A DNA stretch of 38,688 nucleotides from an uncultured Flavobacteriales bacterium (GTDB lineage: Bacteria > Bacteroidota > Bacteroidia > Flavobacteriales_G > NORP312), in assembly GCA_964560645.1 (NCBI GenBank), contig CAZLMS010000001.1, positions 1-38,688 on the forward strand, given 5' to 3'. Below the pieces are notes generated by a model, which worked only from the letters and a program-made list of their open reading frames with translations, was not told where the DNA came from and ran no database searches. Positions within the stretch are counted from its first letter, which is position 1; each line of letters opens with the position of its first letter. A program made the translations under genes and the position numbers. Below are positions 8,979-16,882 of this stretch, in pieces.

Positions 8979-9173
8979 TCAATTTAGTTGGTTAAACACC
9001 TCATTGATGAGGTCTTGATAACGTTCGCCGAATTTTGTGAAACACCATGCTTGTAAAAGCATAAGCTCTTCCTTTTTTAGCCATTTTGTTGCCTTTTTCA
9101 ACTCTTTCTTAAATAAAGTTTTGTCAAACGATACGTTTTCCAAAACTTTTTTGGTCATTTCCAACATTTTCAT
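8979..9173 (-). CDS. small conserved-looking hypothetical protein (64 aa, helical, Lys-rich)
   Basis: Clean ORF with an ATG start in an otherwise empty 500-bp gap. It lies downstream of a terminator, so it is an independent unit. No recognisable motif. Confidence 0.5.
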   Translation of the reverse strand: MKMLEMTKKVLENVSFDKTLFKKELKKATKWLKKEELMLLQAWCFTKFGERYQDLINEVFNQLN

Positions 9174-9282
9174 AGACGAACGTTTTAAAATGGACTACTA
9201 ATATACAAAAAAATAAGATAAGTGCAGGTTTGGAATAAAAAGTTTTTAACAATTTTTTAAAGTTTCGGAGAGGCTAAAAATG

Positions 9283-9310
9283 CCAAAAGCGGCAGAAAAG
9301 CCGCTTTTGG
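9283..9310 (-). terminator. intrinsic terminator after the eRF1-like gene
   Basis: Perfect 11-bp stem CCAAAAGCGGC / GCCGCTTTTGG with a 6-nt loop. On the minus strand it is followed by CATTTTTAG. Confidence 0.6.
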
Positions 9311-9335
9311 TAAAATTTAATATTGTTGATAGTTT

Positions 9336-10442
9336 TTAGTATCGCGTGGTTAATATGACTTTATCAAATTTTTCTAATAAACCGGGTTGCACGAAATATA
9401 CTTCTCCGCCTTGCGCAAGAACCATTTCCGCCAAGTCATCAATAACATCTGCATGATATTCAAAATCTTCATCAGGCTTAGAGAATGTTAAGAACAATCC
9501 GTTTTGAACGCTGTAGCCTTCTAAGCTATATCCTTGTTCTACCAACAGAACCCGGGCTTCTTTCATTGCCGCTGCCGTCCAACAGTCTTGTATTCCTGCA
9601 GCGTAATTTAATCCGTCTATATCGTGTTGTATTCTTTCCAACAACTGTTCATCACGTTTTTTAATGAGTTCTGATAATTGAGAAACTATTTTTTCTTTGA
9701 TTTGGGCTAATGTGCTGTCGGAATAGCTTCCGTGAATTTCAGCTAAGATTTTTTTCGGGCGTTTAGTATAATTTTTGAAATAAGAAATAATTTTTTCATC
9801 GCCCATTAAAATTAAAGGAGCATTTAAATCGGTGTGTTGTCTTATGAAGTGTTCTACTTCATGAACATATAATTTAGCCGCTTCGGTTTCTGCTTTTGCG
9901 GGGTCGTTTTTATCTCCCACTCGAGCTTCTAAATAATACTCGACACCTGCGGGTAAGTTTTCTTGAATTTCCATGATTTCTTCATTCATTCCGTGAAAAA
10001 AGCGGGTGTCTTTTTTGCTTAGAACCAAAACACCGTATTGAAAAGTTCTGTTAATAGCTCTTAGTAAATCCCTTACTTCAAAAGAATTGTCGTCTGCTAC
10101 GATTTTAGAAACCGCTTCTACAGGTAAAGGAATAACTTCGGTTCTGTGGGGAGAAACAAAAACAGCCAAAGTTTTAAATCCGTCTATAAAAGGCAATTCT
10201 TCGGCGATGGAGTTTAACTCATTTTTTATGTGTTCAATGGTTTTATACGGAAAGTCCAAAGCCTCTAGTTTTTCTATGGCTTCTTTTACCGCATTTTTAT
10301 AAGCTAATTGAAATTCTTCGTATCGAGTGGAAGGGGTTTCTTTTTTCAGGATGATAGAAACCGACGGGGATTCTTTTACATTCATCAAGTCCACCAACTT
10401 ATTTTGAATGGCACTTGGTTTTTTCATTGTTAATGTTTCCAT
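9336..10442 (-). CDS. bacterial eRF1/Pelota-like protein (baeRF-type; possible Balon-like ribosome-associated factor)
   Basis: 368 aa. N-terminal SVSIILKKETPS...EF.L.YKN segment and C-terminal AAGIQDCW.AA..KEARVLLVEQGY...G......GGEVYFV.PG.L..F..VILTTRY tail resemble baeRF3-type families as I remember them. No GGQ motif is present. Confidence 0.6.
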   Translation of the reverse strand: METLTMKKPSAIQNKLVDLMNVKESPSVSIILKKETPSTRYEEFQLAYKNAVKEAIEKLEALDFPYKTIEHIKNELNSIAEELPFIDGFKTLAVFVSPHRTEVIPLPVEAVSKIVADDNSFEVRDLLRAINRTFQYGVLVLSKKDTRFFHGMNEEIMEIQENLPAGVEYYLEARVGDKNDPAKAETEAAKLYVHEVEHFIRQHTDLNAPLILMGDEKIISYFKNYTKRPKKILAEIHGSYSDSTLAQIKEKIVSQLSELIKKRDEQLLERIQHDIDGLNYAAGIQDCWTAAAMKEARVLLVEQGYSLEGYSVQNGLFLTFSKPDEDFEYHADVIDDLAEMVLAQGGEVYFVQPGLLEKFDKVILTTRY

Positions 10443-10585
10443 AGTTTAATTTTTTAAGCAGGGTTTTCAATTTATATGCCGTTTGCGAAAATAGTATTAA
10501 AATGTCAGGTTTTCTGAAAAAATAACATATATTAACAGGAAAGCGAAGAAAGGATGATTTTTGTTTGCAAAAAAGTGTCGAAAGG

Positions 10586-10813
10586 TTATATTTTTTTAAC
10601 TTTGATTATTTTTACGGGACATACTTCAGCAGCAACCTGGGCGTCTTCCCATTCATGATTACCGACTTTCGCAGTGTATATTTCTTTCTTGTTTTTTCCT
10701 TCGAGTAAAACGACTTTTCCGTCTTTTTTAGACATTGCCCATCGATAGGGTGCGGCTTCCACGCAATAGTTACACCCGATACATTTTTCTCTGTAATGAG
10801 TAATAATAACCAT
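10586..10813 (-). CDS. small single-cluster ferredoxin
   Basis: 75 aa with CIGCNYC near the N-terminus and CPVKII near the C-terminus (C-x2-C-x2-C ... CP). Its ATG overlaps the U32 stop (TAATG). Confidence 0.8.
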   Translation of the reverse strand: MVIITHYREKCIGCNYCVEAAPYRWAMSKKDGKVVLLEGKNKKEIYTAKVGNHEWEDAQVAAEVCPVKIIKVKKI

Positions 10814-12060
10814 TAGGCATCTACCAGTTTATATACTTTGTCGGAGGGTTTAACGGGTCGGTCTATCGGAAAAGTAACCAATTCTCCTTTTCGAGCTTCC
10901 GTTACCGGTTGATTATTTACACGTATTTCAGACACTTGGGTTTCATATACACCAGATTCCGGACCTATGACGAGTATTTTATCTCCTTGTTTTAAAGTGC
11001 CGGCGTCAATTTGCATTTGTGCCACTTTTATTTTTTTGTAATAATGCTGACCTTTTCCGACGAAAACTTTTTTTTGCGTAGCTTTAGAGCCGTTGGTGCC
11101 ACTCCATTCTCCAAGTTTTTTACCCAAGTAATACCCGCCCCAAAATCCTCGGTTATATACCGTAGATAACCTTTTCATCCATTCCTGAATTTTTTCTTGG
11201 TTATAGGTGCCGTTTGCTACGGCATCAATTGCTTCTCGATAGCATTTTGTAACGGTGGCTACATATTCCGGCGCTCGTCCCCGACCTTCTAATTTAAGCA
11301 CGGAAATTCCCGTGGCAATGAGTTTGTCTAAAAAGTCTATGGTACATAAGTCTTTGGGTGACATGATAAATTCATTGTCAATTTGCAACTCATTGCCTTC
11401 TTCATCTATTACGGTATATTTCCTTCTGCAGTTTTGAATACAGGCACCTCTGTTTGCTGATGCGTTGTGGGTATGTAAGCTCATGTAACATTTTCCTGAT
11501 ACGGCAACGCACAAGGCTCCGTGTGCAAAAACTTCAATTCTTACCAATTCGCCGTTGGGCCCTTTTATTTGTTCTTTTTCAATTGCTTTGCAAATTTGTT
11601 CTACTTGTCTTAAACTCAATTCTCTGGAGAGTACCATTACTTCGGCAAAAGGACTGAAGAAACGCACGCTCTCGATATTTGTAATATTCACTTGGGTGGA
11701 GATATGCACAGGTACTTTTTGGGTAAAAGCATAATTGATAGCGGCAATATCGGAGGCAATTACGGCAGAAATTCCGGTTTCTTTTACCCGGTCAACGATT
11801 TTTCGCATAACCGACAGGTCATGGTCATACATAATAGTGTTGAGGGTCAGGTAGGTTTTAATGTTGTGCTTGGAACACAATTCGGATATTTTTTCTAAAT
11901 CGTTAATTGTGAAATTATTCGCGGATTTTGCCCGCATGTTCAATTGTTCAATTCCAAAGTACACGGAGTCGGCACCGTTTTGAATGGCAGCTCTCAACGC
12001 TTCCCAAGAGCCGGCAGGAGCCATAAGTTCTACTTTTTGCATAAGTGCAATTTTTTTCAC
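10813..12060 (-). CDS. peptidase U32 family protein (Fe-S hydroxylase-type, TrhP/RlhA/UbiU-like)
   Basis: N-terminus VELMAPAGSWEALRAAIQNGADSVYFG. Cluster motif C-x6-C-x15-C-x3-C counted in HGALCVAVSGKCYMSLHTHNASANRGACIQNC. The GTG at 12060 sits inside a candidate -7 box, so ATG 12042 (MQKVELMAPAGS) is the more likely true start. Confidence 0.9.
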   Translation of the reverse strand: MKKIALMQKVELMAPAGSWEALRAAIQNGADSVYFGIEQLNMRAKSANNFTINDLEKISELCSKHNIKTYLTLNTIMYDHDLSVMRKIVDRVKETGISAVIASDIAAINYAFTQKVPVHISTQVNITNIESVRFFSPFAEVMVLSRELSLRQVEQICKAIEKEQIKGPNGELVRIEVFAHGALCVAVSGKCYMSLHTHNASANRGACIQNCRRKYTVIDEEGNELQIDNEFIMSPKDLCTIDFLDKLIATGISVLKLEGRGRAPEYVATVTKCYREAIDAVANGTYNQEKIQEWMKRLSTVYNRGFWGGYYLGKKLGEWSGTNGSKATQKKVFVGKGQHYYKKIKVAQMQIDAGTLKQGDKILVIGPESGVYETQVSEIRVNNQPVTEARKGELVTFPIDRPVKPSDKVYKLVDA

Positions 12061-12067
12061 AAAGATA
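12060..12067 (-). promoter_or_regulatory. candidate -7 box TATCTTTG for the U32-ferredoxin pair
   Basis: The plus strand reads CAAAGATA, 17 nt upstream of ATG 12042. Confidence 0.3.
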
Positions 12068-12107
12068 GGATAAATAAAAGGTTATTTGTAATTATTCTAA
12101 ATTCGGA

Positions 12108-13661
12108 TTATTCTACGAATATTTCCTCTTCTTTTGGGTTGTAAAATTTGTATTCCAATAATCCTAAAGAAGAAAGTGGTCGAAGTTTTAACCGCCGCCG
12201 AAGGGCTAAACTCCACTTCATTTGCAAACTCGGATAACCTTTTCTGAGATATGCTTCTATGAAAGGATGTACTGCTAAAACAATTACTTTGTCTTTATGT
12301 TGATGGGTGATTTTTCGAAGATTTCTTTCAATTTCATCAATAATCAACAAGCTGGACTGTATTTCTCCGCTTCCTGCACAACAAGGGCAAGTTTCGGTGG
12401 TTTTAATAGACATCTCGGGTTTAACTCTTTGCCGGGTAATTTCTATAAGTCCGAATTTGGAAGGTGGAAGAATAGTGTGTTTGGCTTTATCGGAAGCCAT
12501 GAATTCTTTCATTTTTTGGTAGAGTTTTTCGCGTTCTTCGTCAGAAGCCATATCAATAAAATCTACCACGATAATTCCGCCCATGTCTCTAAGCCGGAGT
12601 TGCCGGGCAATTTCTTTAGCCGCCTCCATGTTTACTTTAAAGGCAATATCTGCTTGATTGGTTTCTTTTTTACTCATTCTGCCGCTGTTTACGTCAATCA
12701 CATGCATAGCTTCCGTGTGTTCTATTATTAAATAAGCACCGCTTTTCATGGTAACATTTTTGCCAAACAGCAGCTTGATTTGTTTTTCTATGCCAAAATG
12801 TTCAAAAATGGGAGTGGTTTTATTATAGTGCTTAACAATGTTGATTTTTGAAGGTTCTATTCCGGCAATGTAATCTTTAATGTCTTCTGCAAGATTTTTG
12901 TCATTTACATAAATAGCTGAAAATGATTCGTTAAATAAATCTCTTAATATGGAAATGGGTTTTTCGAGTTCACTGTATATTTTTTTAGGAGAGCGGGCGC
13001 CTTTGAGATTTTTGTAGATGGTTCGCCAACGTTTCACAAGATTTTTGAGGTCGGTGTCTAAGTTGGCAACCTTTTTGTTTTCGGCTACGGTTCTTACAAT
13101 TACACCAAAATTTTTGGGTTTAATGCTTTGCAGTAAACTTTTTAATCGTTCGCGTTCTTTTTCGTCTTGAATTTTTTGAGAGAGAGAAATTTTATCGGAA
13201 AAGGGTATAAGCACCAAGTATCTGCCGGCTAAAGTGATTTCGGAAGTTACCCTGGGACCTTTAGTTGAAATGGCTTCTTTTGATATTTTAACTAAAACGG
13301 TATCTCCGGGTTTTAATACGTCTTTAATGTTTCCGTCTTTTGGAATTTCTTTGTCAATCGGGAAACCCGAAAGAGAAGCGGAGTTTAATTTACCCTGAAT
13401 AGCTTTCGATACAAATTTTTGAAGAGCCAAAATATTTGGACCTAAATCTTGATAATGAAGAAAAGCATCTTTTTCGTGTCCGATATCTATAAAGGCTGCA
13501 TTGAGTCCTTGGTTAATTTTAGTTACTTTACCTAAATATATATCTCCGACCGAAAAGCCGGGATTAGACTCTTCTACATGTAACTCAACAAGTTCTCCGT
13601 CTTGCAGTAAGGCAATACGAGTATCTTCCGATTTGGCGTCTATTATCAATTCATTACTCAC
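12108..13661 (-). CDS. rng: ribonuclease G/E family (Rne/Rng) endoribonuclease
   Basis: 517 aa. N-terminal S1 domain (GDIYLGKVTKINQGLNAAFIDIGHEKDAFLH), catalytic core (IIEHTEAMHVIDVNSG, GGIIVVDFIDM), and Zn-link-like CPCCAGSG. GTG start. Confidence 0.9.
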   Translation of the reverse strand: MSNELIIDAKSEDTRIALLQDGELVELHVEESNPGFSVGDIYLGKVTKINQGLNAAFIDIGHEKDAFLHYQDLGPNILALQKFVSKAIQGKLNSASLSGFPIDKEIPKDGNIKDVLKPGDTVLVKISKEAISTKGPRVTSEITLAGRYLVLIPFSDKISLSQKIQDEKERERLKSLLQSIKPKNFGVIVRTVAENKKVANLDTDLKNLVKRWRTIYKNLKGARSPKKIYSELEKPISILRDLFNESFSAIYVNDKNLAEDIKDYIAGIEPSKINIVKHYNKTTPIFEHFGIEKQIKLLFGKNVTMKSGAYLIIEHTEAMHVIDVNSGRMSKKETNQADIAFKVNMEAAKEIARQLRLRDMGGIIVVDFIDMASDEEREKLYQKMKEFMASDKAKHTILPPSKFGLIEITRQRVKPEMSIKTTETCPCCAGSGEIQSSLLIIDEIERNLRKITHQHKDKVIVLAVHPFIEAYLRKGYPSLQMKWSLALRRRLKLRPLSSLGLLEYKFYNPKEEEIFVE

Positions 13662-13680
13662 GTATTCAACATTTAATTAA

Positions 13681-13709
13681 AACAGGAAAAGCCCCTGCAT
13701 TGCAGGAGC
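13681..13709 (-). terminator. candidate intrinsic terminator after the bS22-like gene
   Basis: The minus strand reads GCTCCTGCAATGCAGGGGC (5 bp, one mismatch, then 2 bp), followed by TTTTCCTGTTTT. Confidence 0.5.
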
Positions 13710-13735
13710 TATGAAACTGCGATACTCAGGTTAGA

Positions 13736-13828
13736 TTATTTTTTCTTCTTATGGCGATTCTTTCTCAATCTTTTTTTTCTTTTGTGAGTCGCCATTTTAT
13801 GTCTTTTTCTCTTCTTTCCGCAAGGCAT
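13736..13828 (-). CDS. 30-aa ultra-basic protein, ribosomal protein bS22-like (not in the supplied ORF track)
   Basis: Hand translation of the minus strand gives ATG..TAA = MPCGKKRKRHKMATHKRKKRLRKNRHKKKK. The ATG lies 2 nt after the stop of the upstream TPR gene (TAATTATG). It matches the MPSGKKRKRHK.ATHKRKKR..KNRHKKK pattern of Bacteroidota/actinobacterial bS22. Confidence 0.65.
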   Translation of the reverse strand: MPCGKKRKRHKMATHKRKKRLRKNRHKKKK

Positions 13829-13830
13829 AA

Positions 13831-14361
13831 TTACATATTTTTAAGTTGTTCTATTCGAGCGTTTATTTGTTTCTTCAATTCTTCGTTGTCAGTTAGTTCG
13901 GAAGCGGTTTCCAATTCTTTAATTGATTTTTCCGTTTCTCCTAACTGAGCCAAAGCATCGCTGTAATATAAATGAGCTTCTATACTTTTAGGCTCTAATT
14001 TCAAAACTGTTTCAAATCGTTCTTTGGCTTTTTCAAATTGGCCGGTTTGCAAAGAAAAAATTCCCAAATAAAATTGAGCTTGCGTATTTTCGGGTTCTTT
14101 TTCGGCAATGTTTCTCAACATTTGTATTCCTTCCATAGGATTACTGCCTTTTTCAATAAGCTCTAATGCTTTTTCTACAGACTCTTCACCTGTAGATGTG
14201 GTTTGAGAAGGTTGAGCATTGCCGTTTGCATTTTCCGTTTGCTCTGTTGCAGCCGGTTGTTCTTCCGAATGTTGTTTTTCTTTGCTGTTACAAGATGCAA
14301 CAAGTAAAAGAACGATAAGCACTCCTGTAAAAAGGAGTGCAAATATCTGATTTTTTTTCAT
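13831..14361 (-). CDS. TPR-repeat lipoprotein
   Basis: 176 aa with lipobox LLVASC, a low-complexity linker, then TPR units (AQFYLGIFSLQTGQFEKAKERFETVLKLEPKSIEAHLYYSDALAQLGE). Confidence 0.75.
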   Translation of the reverse strand: MKKNQIFALLFTGVLIVLLLVASCNSKEKQHSEEQPAATEQTENANGNAQPSQTTSTGEESVEKALELIEKGSNPMEGIQMLRNIAEKEPENTQAQFYLGIFSLQTGQFEKAKERFETVLKLEPKSIEAHLYYSDALAQLGETEKSIKELETASELTDNEELKKQINARIEQLKNM

Positions 14362-14389
14362 AAGTTAAAAAATAAAGGGGTAAAAAAGA

Positions 14390-14662
14390 TTATTTAACCA
14401 TTGCAAGAAACTTCTTGGAGATTTTGAAGTGAGGAACATTTCTTGCAGGAATTTCAATAGCGGTTCCTTTGGAGATGTTTCTTGCAATTTTCTTTGCGCG
14501 TTTCTTCTTAGAAAACGTTCCGAAACCTCTTAAGTAAACGCTTTCTCCTTTAGCTACGCTTTCTTTGATAGAATCCATAGCTGCGTCGATAACTTTAAGA
14601 GCTACGGTTTTTTCAATACCGGTTTTCTTGGAAACCGCACCTGCTAATTCTGCTTTTGTCAT
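14390..14662 (-). CDS. hup: HU family DNA-binding protein
   Basis: 90 aa: MTKAEL...V....G..K......V.DA....I.E....GE.V.LRGFGTF..K.RA.K.ARN...G..I.IPA...P.FK. Confidence 0.92.
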   Translation of the reverse strand: MTKAELAGAVSKKTGIEKTVALKVIDAAMDSIKESVAKGESVYLRGFGTFSKKKRAKKIARNISKGTAIEIPARNVPHFKISKKFLAMVK

Positions 14663-14709
14663 TTTTTTAAGTTTTAAGGGTTAAACGATAAATGTTTAGT
14701 ATTCAAGGA

Positions 14710-14717
14710 CAAATATA
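14710..14717 (-). promoter_or_regulatory. candidate -7 box TATATTTG for the hup operon
   Basis: The plus strand reads CAAATATA, 47 nt upstream of the HU ATG. Confidence 0.35.
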
Positions 14718-14752
14718 ATAAGTTTGATTATACGGTGATGTGAAAAAAAGAA

Positions 14753-14760
14753 TATTTTTG
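14753..14760 (+). promoter_or_regulatory. candidate -7 box TATTTTTG for mutY
   Basis: 26 nt upstream of ATG 14787. This argues against the TTG at 14769 given in the ORF track. Confidence 0.35.
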
Positions 14761-14786
14761 ACAAAACCTTGTTTTTTTTCGGCGAA

Positions 14787-15821
14787 ATGAGTTTTTTTAA
14801 CGAAATAATTGACTGGTACATAAAGAATAAAAGAGATTTGCCTTGGAGAAACACTACAGACGCATATCCTATTTTTTTATCGGAAATTATTTTGCAACAA
14901 ACCAGAGTGGAGCAGGGGTTACCGTATTATTATAAGTTTTTGGAGCATTTTCCGGATGTGTTTACTTTGGCAAAAGCCGATGAACAAAAAGTGTTGGCGT
15001 TGTGGCAAGGTTTAGGGTATTATTCGCGGGCAAGAAATTTATTGAAGGCGGCTCGAATGATAGTAAATGAATTTGGAGGAAAGTTTCCGCAGGACTATTC
15101 CGAGCTGAAAAAACTTCCCGGTGTCGGGGAGTATACGGCGGCGGCTATAGCTTCGTTTGCTTTTAAGCAAAAAGTTCCCGCAGTGGATGGAAATGTGCTT
15201 CGGGTTTTGTCGAGATTGTTTAATGATTCCACACCGATTGATAAAAATAAAAAGCACTTTTTTGAATTAGCGTCTGAGGTTATTCGACCGTTTCCTTCCG
15301 ATGTTTTTAATCAGGCAATGATGGAGTTTGGAGCTGTTATTTGCACGCCGAAACCCAATTGTGTTCAGTGTCCCGTAATAAGTTATTGCAAGGCTTTTGC
15401 GAAAAATGCCGTAAACAGTCTCCCCGTAAAAGCCCGTAAGGTGAAGAAAAAAGACCGTTTTTTTTATTACCTGTTTATTCGAGATAAAGACAAGTTGCTT
15501 TTGGAAAAGCGAATTGAAAAAGACATCTGGCAACACATGTATCAATTGCCTTTGATTGAAAGTAAATATAAAATTTCAGATTTCGATATGTTTACATCTG
15601 TTATATTAGAGGAAAAAGGAATTAAGGGGAATATTTTCAAAAAAACACCGGAGAAAAAACACATACTTACACATCAAAATATCTATTATTCTTTTCTTTT
15701 TATGGAAAAAGTGAAGTTTTTGCAAAAGAAAGATTATCTTGTCGTTGAGCCGGATAAATTGGACGATTATCCGTTCCCGAATATCGTCAGACATTTTTTA
15801 AAAGAAGAAATCTCTATATAG
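14787..15821 (+). CDS. mutY: A/G-specific adenine DNA glycosylase MutY
   Basis: LPWR...DAYPIFLSEIILQQTRV, helix-hairpin-helix LPGVGEYTAAAIASFAF, and Fe-S loop CTPKPNCVQCPVISYC (C-x6-C-x2-C-x5-C), plus a C-terminal NUDIX-like domain. Start moved to the first ATG. Confidence 0.9.
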   Translation: MSFFNEIIDWYIKNKRDLPWRNTTDAYPIFLSEIILQQTRVEQGLPYYYKFLEHFPDVFTLAKADEQKVLALWQGLGYYSRARNLLKAARMIVNEFGGKFPQDYSELKKLPGVGEYTAAAIASFAFKQKVPAVDGNVLRVLSRLFNDSTPIDKNKKHFFELASEVIRPFPSDVFNQAMMEFGAVICTPKPNCVQCPVISYCKAFAKNAVNSLPVKARKVKKKDRFFYYLFIRDKDKLLLEKRIEKDIWQHMYQLPLIESKYKISDFDMFTSVILEEKGIKGNIFKKTPEKKHILTHQNIYYSFLFMEKVKFLQKKDYLVVEPDKLDDYPFPNIVRHFLKEEISI

Positions 15822-15837
15822 GAAGTTGTTTATTGTT

Positions 15838-15845
15838 TAATTTTG
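15838..15845 (+). promoter_or_regulatory. candidate -7 box TAATTTTG for bacilliredoxin/nfu
   Basis: 17 nt upstream of ATG 15863. It lies downstream of the track's TTG start at 15833. Confidence 0.35.
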
Positions 15846-15862
15846 TAAAAAAAATTACGATT

Positions 15863-16273
15863 ATGTATCCCGAAGAATTAGTATTACCTATGAAAGAAGA
15901 CCTTACGAGTGTAGGGTTTGAAGATTTAACCACTCCGCAACAGGTAGATGAAGCGATAAACTCCAAAGGAACTGTTTTGGTGGTAGTGAATTCGGTTTGC
16001 GGATGTGCTGCCGGAAATGCACGTCCGGGAGTGAAATTGTCATTGCAAGGAAATAAAAAACCCGACAGATTGACTACTGTTTTTGCAGGTTTTGATTATG
16101 ATGCGGTAGAACAAGCCCGTAAATACATGTTGCCGTATCCTCCTTCATCACCATCGATAGCATTGTTTAAAGACGGAAAGTTGGTACATTTTTTAGAACG
16201 CCATAATATTGAAGGCGTTTCTGCCGAAATGATTGCCGAAAATCTTATGGCGGCATACGAAGAATATTGCTAA
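15863..16273 (+). CDS. BrxA/BrxB-type bacilliredoxin (DUF1094)
   Basis: Starts MYPEELVLPMKEDLT..GF..L.T, with active site VVNSVCGCAAGNARP and LPYPPSSPSIALFKDG. Confidence 0.8.
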   Translation: MYPEELVLPMKEDLTSVGFEDLTTPQQVDEAINSKGTVLVVVNSVCGCAAGNARPGVKLSLQGNKKPDRLTTVFAGFDYDAVEQARKYMLPYPPSSPSIALFKDGKLVHFLERHNIEGVSAEMIAENLMAAYEEYC

Positions 16274-16276
16274 ATT

Positions 16277-16882
16277 ATGGAAGAATTGAAAGTTCCATAT
16301 AATATTTATGCGGAGATAACTCCTAATCCAAATACCATAAAATTTGTTTCTAATAAACTGTTGGTAGAGGACGGAAAGACCTATGAATTTACAGACCCTG
16401 ATGCTACGGAAGGGTTTCCTCTTATAGAAAAAGTGTTTAATTTTCCTTTTGTAGATAAGATATTGCTTTCCGGAAATTATTTGGCGGTTACTAAAAACAA
16501 TTTGATAGAAGATTGGCAAGATGTGGTAATAGAGCTTAGAGAGTTTGTTCAGAATTATTTGAGAAACGGTGGAGAGGTAATGATTTCCGGCACAAACAAA
16601 GAAACGTTGCAAAATGGAACTTCGGAGAATGAAGTGATTATTGTTGAGCCGAAAACCGAAGTGGAAAAAAGAATTGTTCAAGCATTGGAAGATTATGTAT
16701 TGCCTGCGGTAGAAAGAGACGGCGGAATGATTTATTTTAAAAAGTTTGAAGACGGTGTTTTGACGTTGTCGATGCGAGGAGCCTGTCAAGGGTGTCCCTC
16801 TTCCATGATTACCTTAAAAAACGGCATTGAGACGTTGATGAAACAAATGATACCGGAGGTAAAAGAAGTAATAGCCGATTAA
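16277..16882 (+). CDS. NifU/Nfu-type Fe-S cluster carrier (Nfu_N plus NifU C-terminal domain)
   Basis: N-terminal segment EITPNPNTIKF, and a C-terminal domain with LPAVERDGGMI.....EDGVL.L.M.GACQGCPSS..TLKNGIE. Confidence 0.85.
   Translation: MEELKVPYNIYAEITPNPNTIKFVSNKLLVEDGKTYEFTDPDATEGFPLIEKVFNFPFVDKILLSGNYLAVTKNNLIEDWQDVVIELREFVQNYLRNGGEVMISGTNKETLQNGTSENEVIIVEPKTEVEKRIVQALEDYVLPAVERDGGMIYFKKFEDGVLTLSMRGACQGCPSSMITLKNGIETLMKQMIPEVKEVIAD

Noticed and set aside
13694-13709. Shared CCTGCA..GGAGC string at 13694..13709 and 29321..29331, considered as a possible dispersed repeat (REP-like) element
   Set aside because: Only about 11 nt are shared and the flanks differ. The first copy is explained as a terminator stem and the second as the loop of the inverted repeat. 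Two short hits are not enough to call a repeat family.
13751-13948. 65-aa plus-strand ORF in the track
   Set aside because: It is the antisense shadow of the bS22-like gene and the 3' end of the TPR lipoprotein gene. Its Ser/Phe-rich sequence has no features.
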